Positions 62,536-64,000 of a stretch of DNA of 64,000 bases are shown here, in pieces. Both the position numbers and the translations under genes were made by a program. The stretch lies in contig CAVPQB010000004.1 of NCBI GenBank assembly GCA_963707505.1, positions 832,001 through 896,000 on the forward strand, read 5' to 3'. Source of the stretch: an uncultured Gemmatimonadales bacterium (lineage in GTDB: Bacteria > Gemmatimonadota > Gemmatimonadetes > Gemmatimonadales > Gemmatimonadaceae). The notes under the pieces were generated by a model that searched no databases, was not told where the DNA came from, and saw only the letters and a program-made list of their open reading frames with translations. The stretch's first letter is position 1; every line of letters begins with the position of its first letter.

Positions 62536-64000
62536 TTAACGAACCTGTCCACTGCCCGGCGGAGCCACCCTCGGGACCGCGATGGTTGTTCGTCCGTCGC
62601 TCTGCTCGAGACGCGCGCCCTGGCCGCCGAGCAGGCGCTCCGCCAACAGCAGGCTCACAGTCACCGATCGGGACGCGCCGCAACATGAAGTGATCCGTAT
62701 CTCATCCGCGGTGGCGGAAGCGTCGATCGTGACAGTGCTGCCGGGTATGGCATAACGAATGTCGTCGGCCAGTGTAAGGCGGATTGCGTCACGGAGCTGA
62801 GTGAACGCGCCGATCGTGCTGGGCAGGCCAGGCGCAACGTTCACTACGAGCGATACATCGGCGCGAGACGCCTGCGCCAGGAGCTCCGGCTGAAGCGCTC
62901 GCACGATCTCGCCAATTCGTACCACGTCACGCCGCGCGTTCGCGACCGCGCGATCCGCGCCTGCGATGTCACGAAGCGCGCGGAGCTCTTCGGCGATGTT
63001 GTCGAGCGCAGCGGCGGCATCGCGAAGCATCTCCTCCTGGTTGTCGTTGAGCTCGCCGAACTGCGCGGTCAGGAGAATGTGGATCGGTATGCGCGCGTCG
63101 TCGAGCGAGCGCTCGGCGGATGTGGCCGCTGTTGCAAGTGCGGACGTGTAGTCGGCGTCCGATGATATTGGTGTGCTCATGGTGACGATAGGAGTGGTAG
63201 GACGTTCGTTGAAAGCCGCGACGAGAACGTCGAGGTCCTGAGTGTTGTTGATGAGCTTGTCGATCACCGAGCCGCGGCGGAGGTGATCCAGAAAGCTTCG
63301 GCGGGACTGGCCGACGATTGCCAGTGTTACGCTCTTCTCACGTGCGAACTGGCAGATGGCAGCGGCGACGTCGGTACCCTCGAGCTTCACGATTTCCGCA
63401 CCCATGCTCTGCGCAGCCTGAATGTTCTCGACCAGCCGTCGCTGAAGTGCTGAATCGATGCGGTCGCTTCGCTCGCTGGGTGTCTGTACGTACACGCAAT
63501 ACCAGTCCGAGTTGAGACGGCCGGCGATGCGGCTGGCCTTGCGGAGCAGCATTTGCGTGTACGGCGGGTTGCTCGACATCGCGACGAGAATGCGATCTGC
63601 TGTACGGCCGCCATGGCTGTTGGTCCGCGCAGATGGTACACCCCTTGCGGCGATTCCTTCGCGAATACGGTCCACGCTACTCGCCACTTCGCGCAGTGCA
63701 AGCTCGCGCAACGTGGTGAGATTCTCCTCTGTAAAGAAATTTGTGAGTGCGGACTGAATTTTCTCGGGCGCGTAGATCTTGCCTTCCAGCAGATCGCTGC
63801 CGGAGATCCTCGGCGCTTATGTCCAGATTGACGACCTGATCCGCTTTGGCGAGCACCCAGTCCGGCACCGTTTCACGCACCGTCACGCCGAGGGTCTCGC
63901 TGGACGACGTCGTTCAGCGATTCGACGTGTTGTATGTTCACCGCGCTTATGACGCTTATGCCGGCGTCGAGTATGTCCTCGACGTCCTGCCACCGTTTGG
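62536..64000 (-). CDS. kdpD: KdpD N-terminal sensor + USP domain, continuing into a degenerate His-kinase-like tail; 5'-truncated and frameshifted
   Basis: KRWQDVEDILDAGISV..NIQHVESLND..VRETVPD..DISAEDL..RELALR; USP RILVAMSS. Confidence 0.8.

Overview
High-GC bacterial chromosomal window. Gene content (small lineage-type hypotheticals, PEP-CTERM proteins, kinase-TPR receptor, CCA-less tRNAs) suggests Gemmatimonadota; this is inference. It carries about 50 CDS and 8 tRNA genes. Main elements: efp with tRNA-His/Trp; an ECF42-type sigma/DGPF pair; ybbAP-tesA; a QseE/QseG/QseF(GlrK/YfhG/GlrR)-like sigma54 module next to a tiny repetitive secreted protein with a sigma54/IHF/UAS-like promoter; a complete aerobic 2-aminobenzoyl-CoA (abm-type) catabolic cluster; a 6-tRNA array; a Ser/Thr kinase-TPR receptor plus a small DP-EP-like partner; a MarR-RND efflux operon; a serpin near a PEP-CTERM S1 protease; and a split KdpD. 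Several genes are broken by single-base indels, most likely long-read consensus errors. No integrase, transposase, CRISPR array or rRNA was seen. The best candidates for something new are the sigma54-controlled D-T-repeat micro-protein (with window-wide enrichment of Bacteroidota-type O-glycosylation sequons), the kinase-TPR/DP-EP-like pair, and an EF-P with Asn at the modification site.
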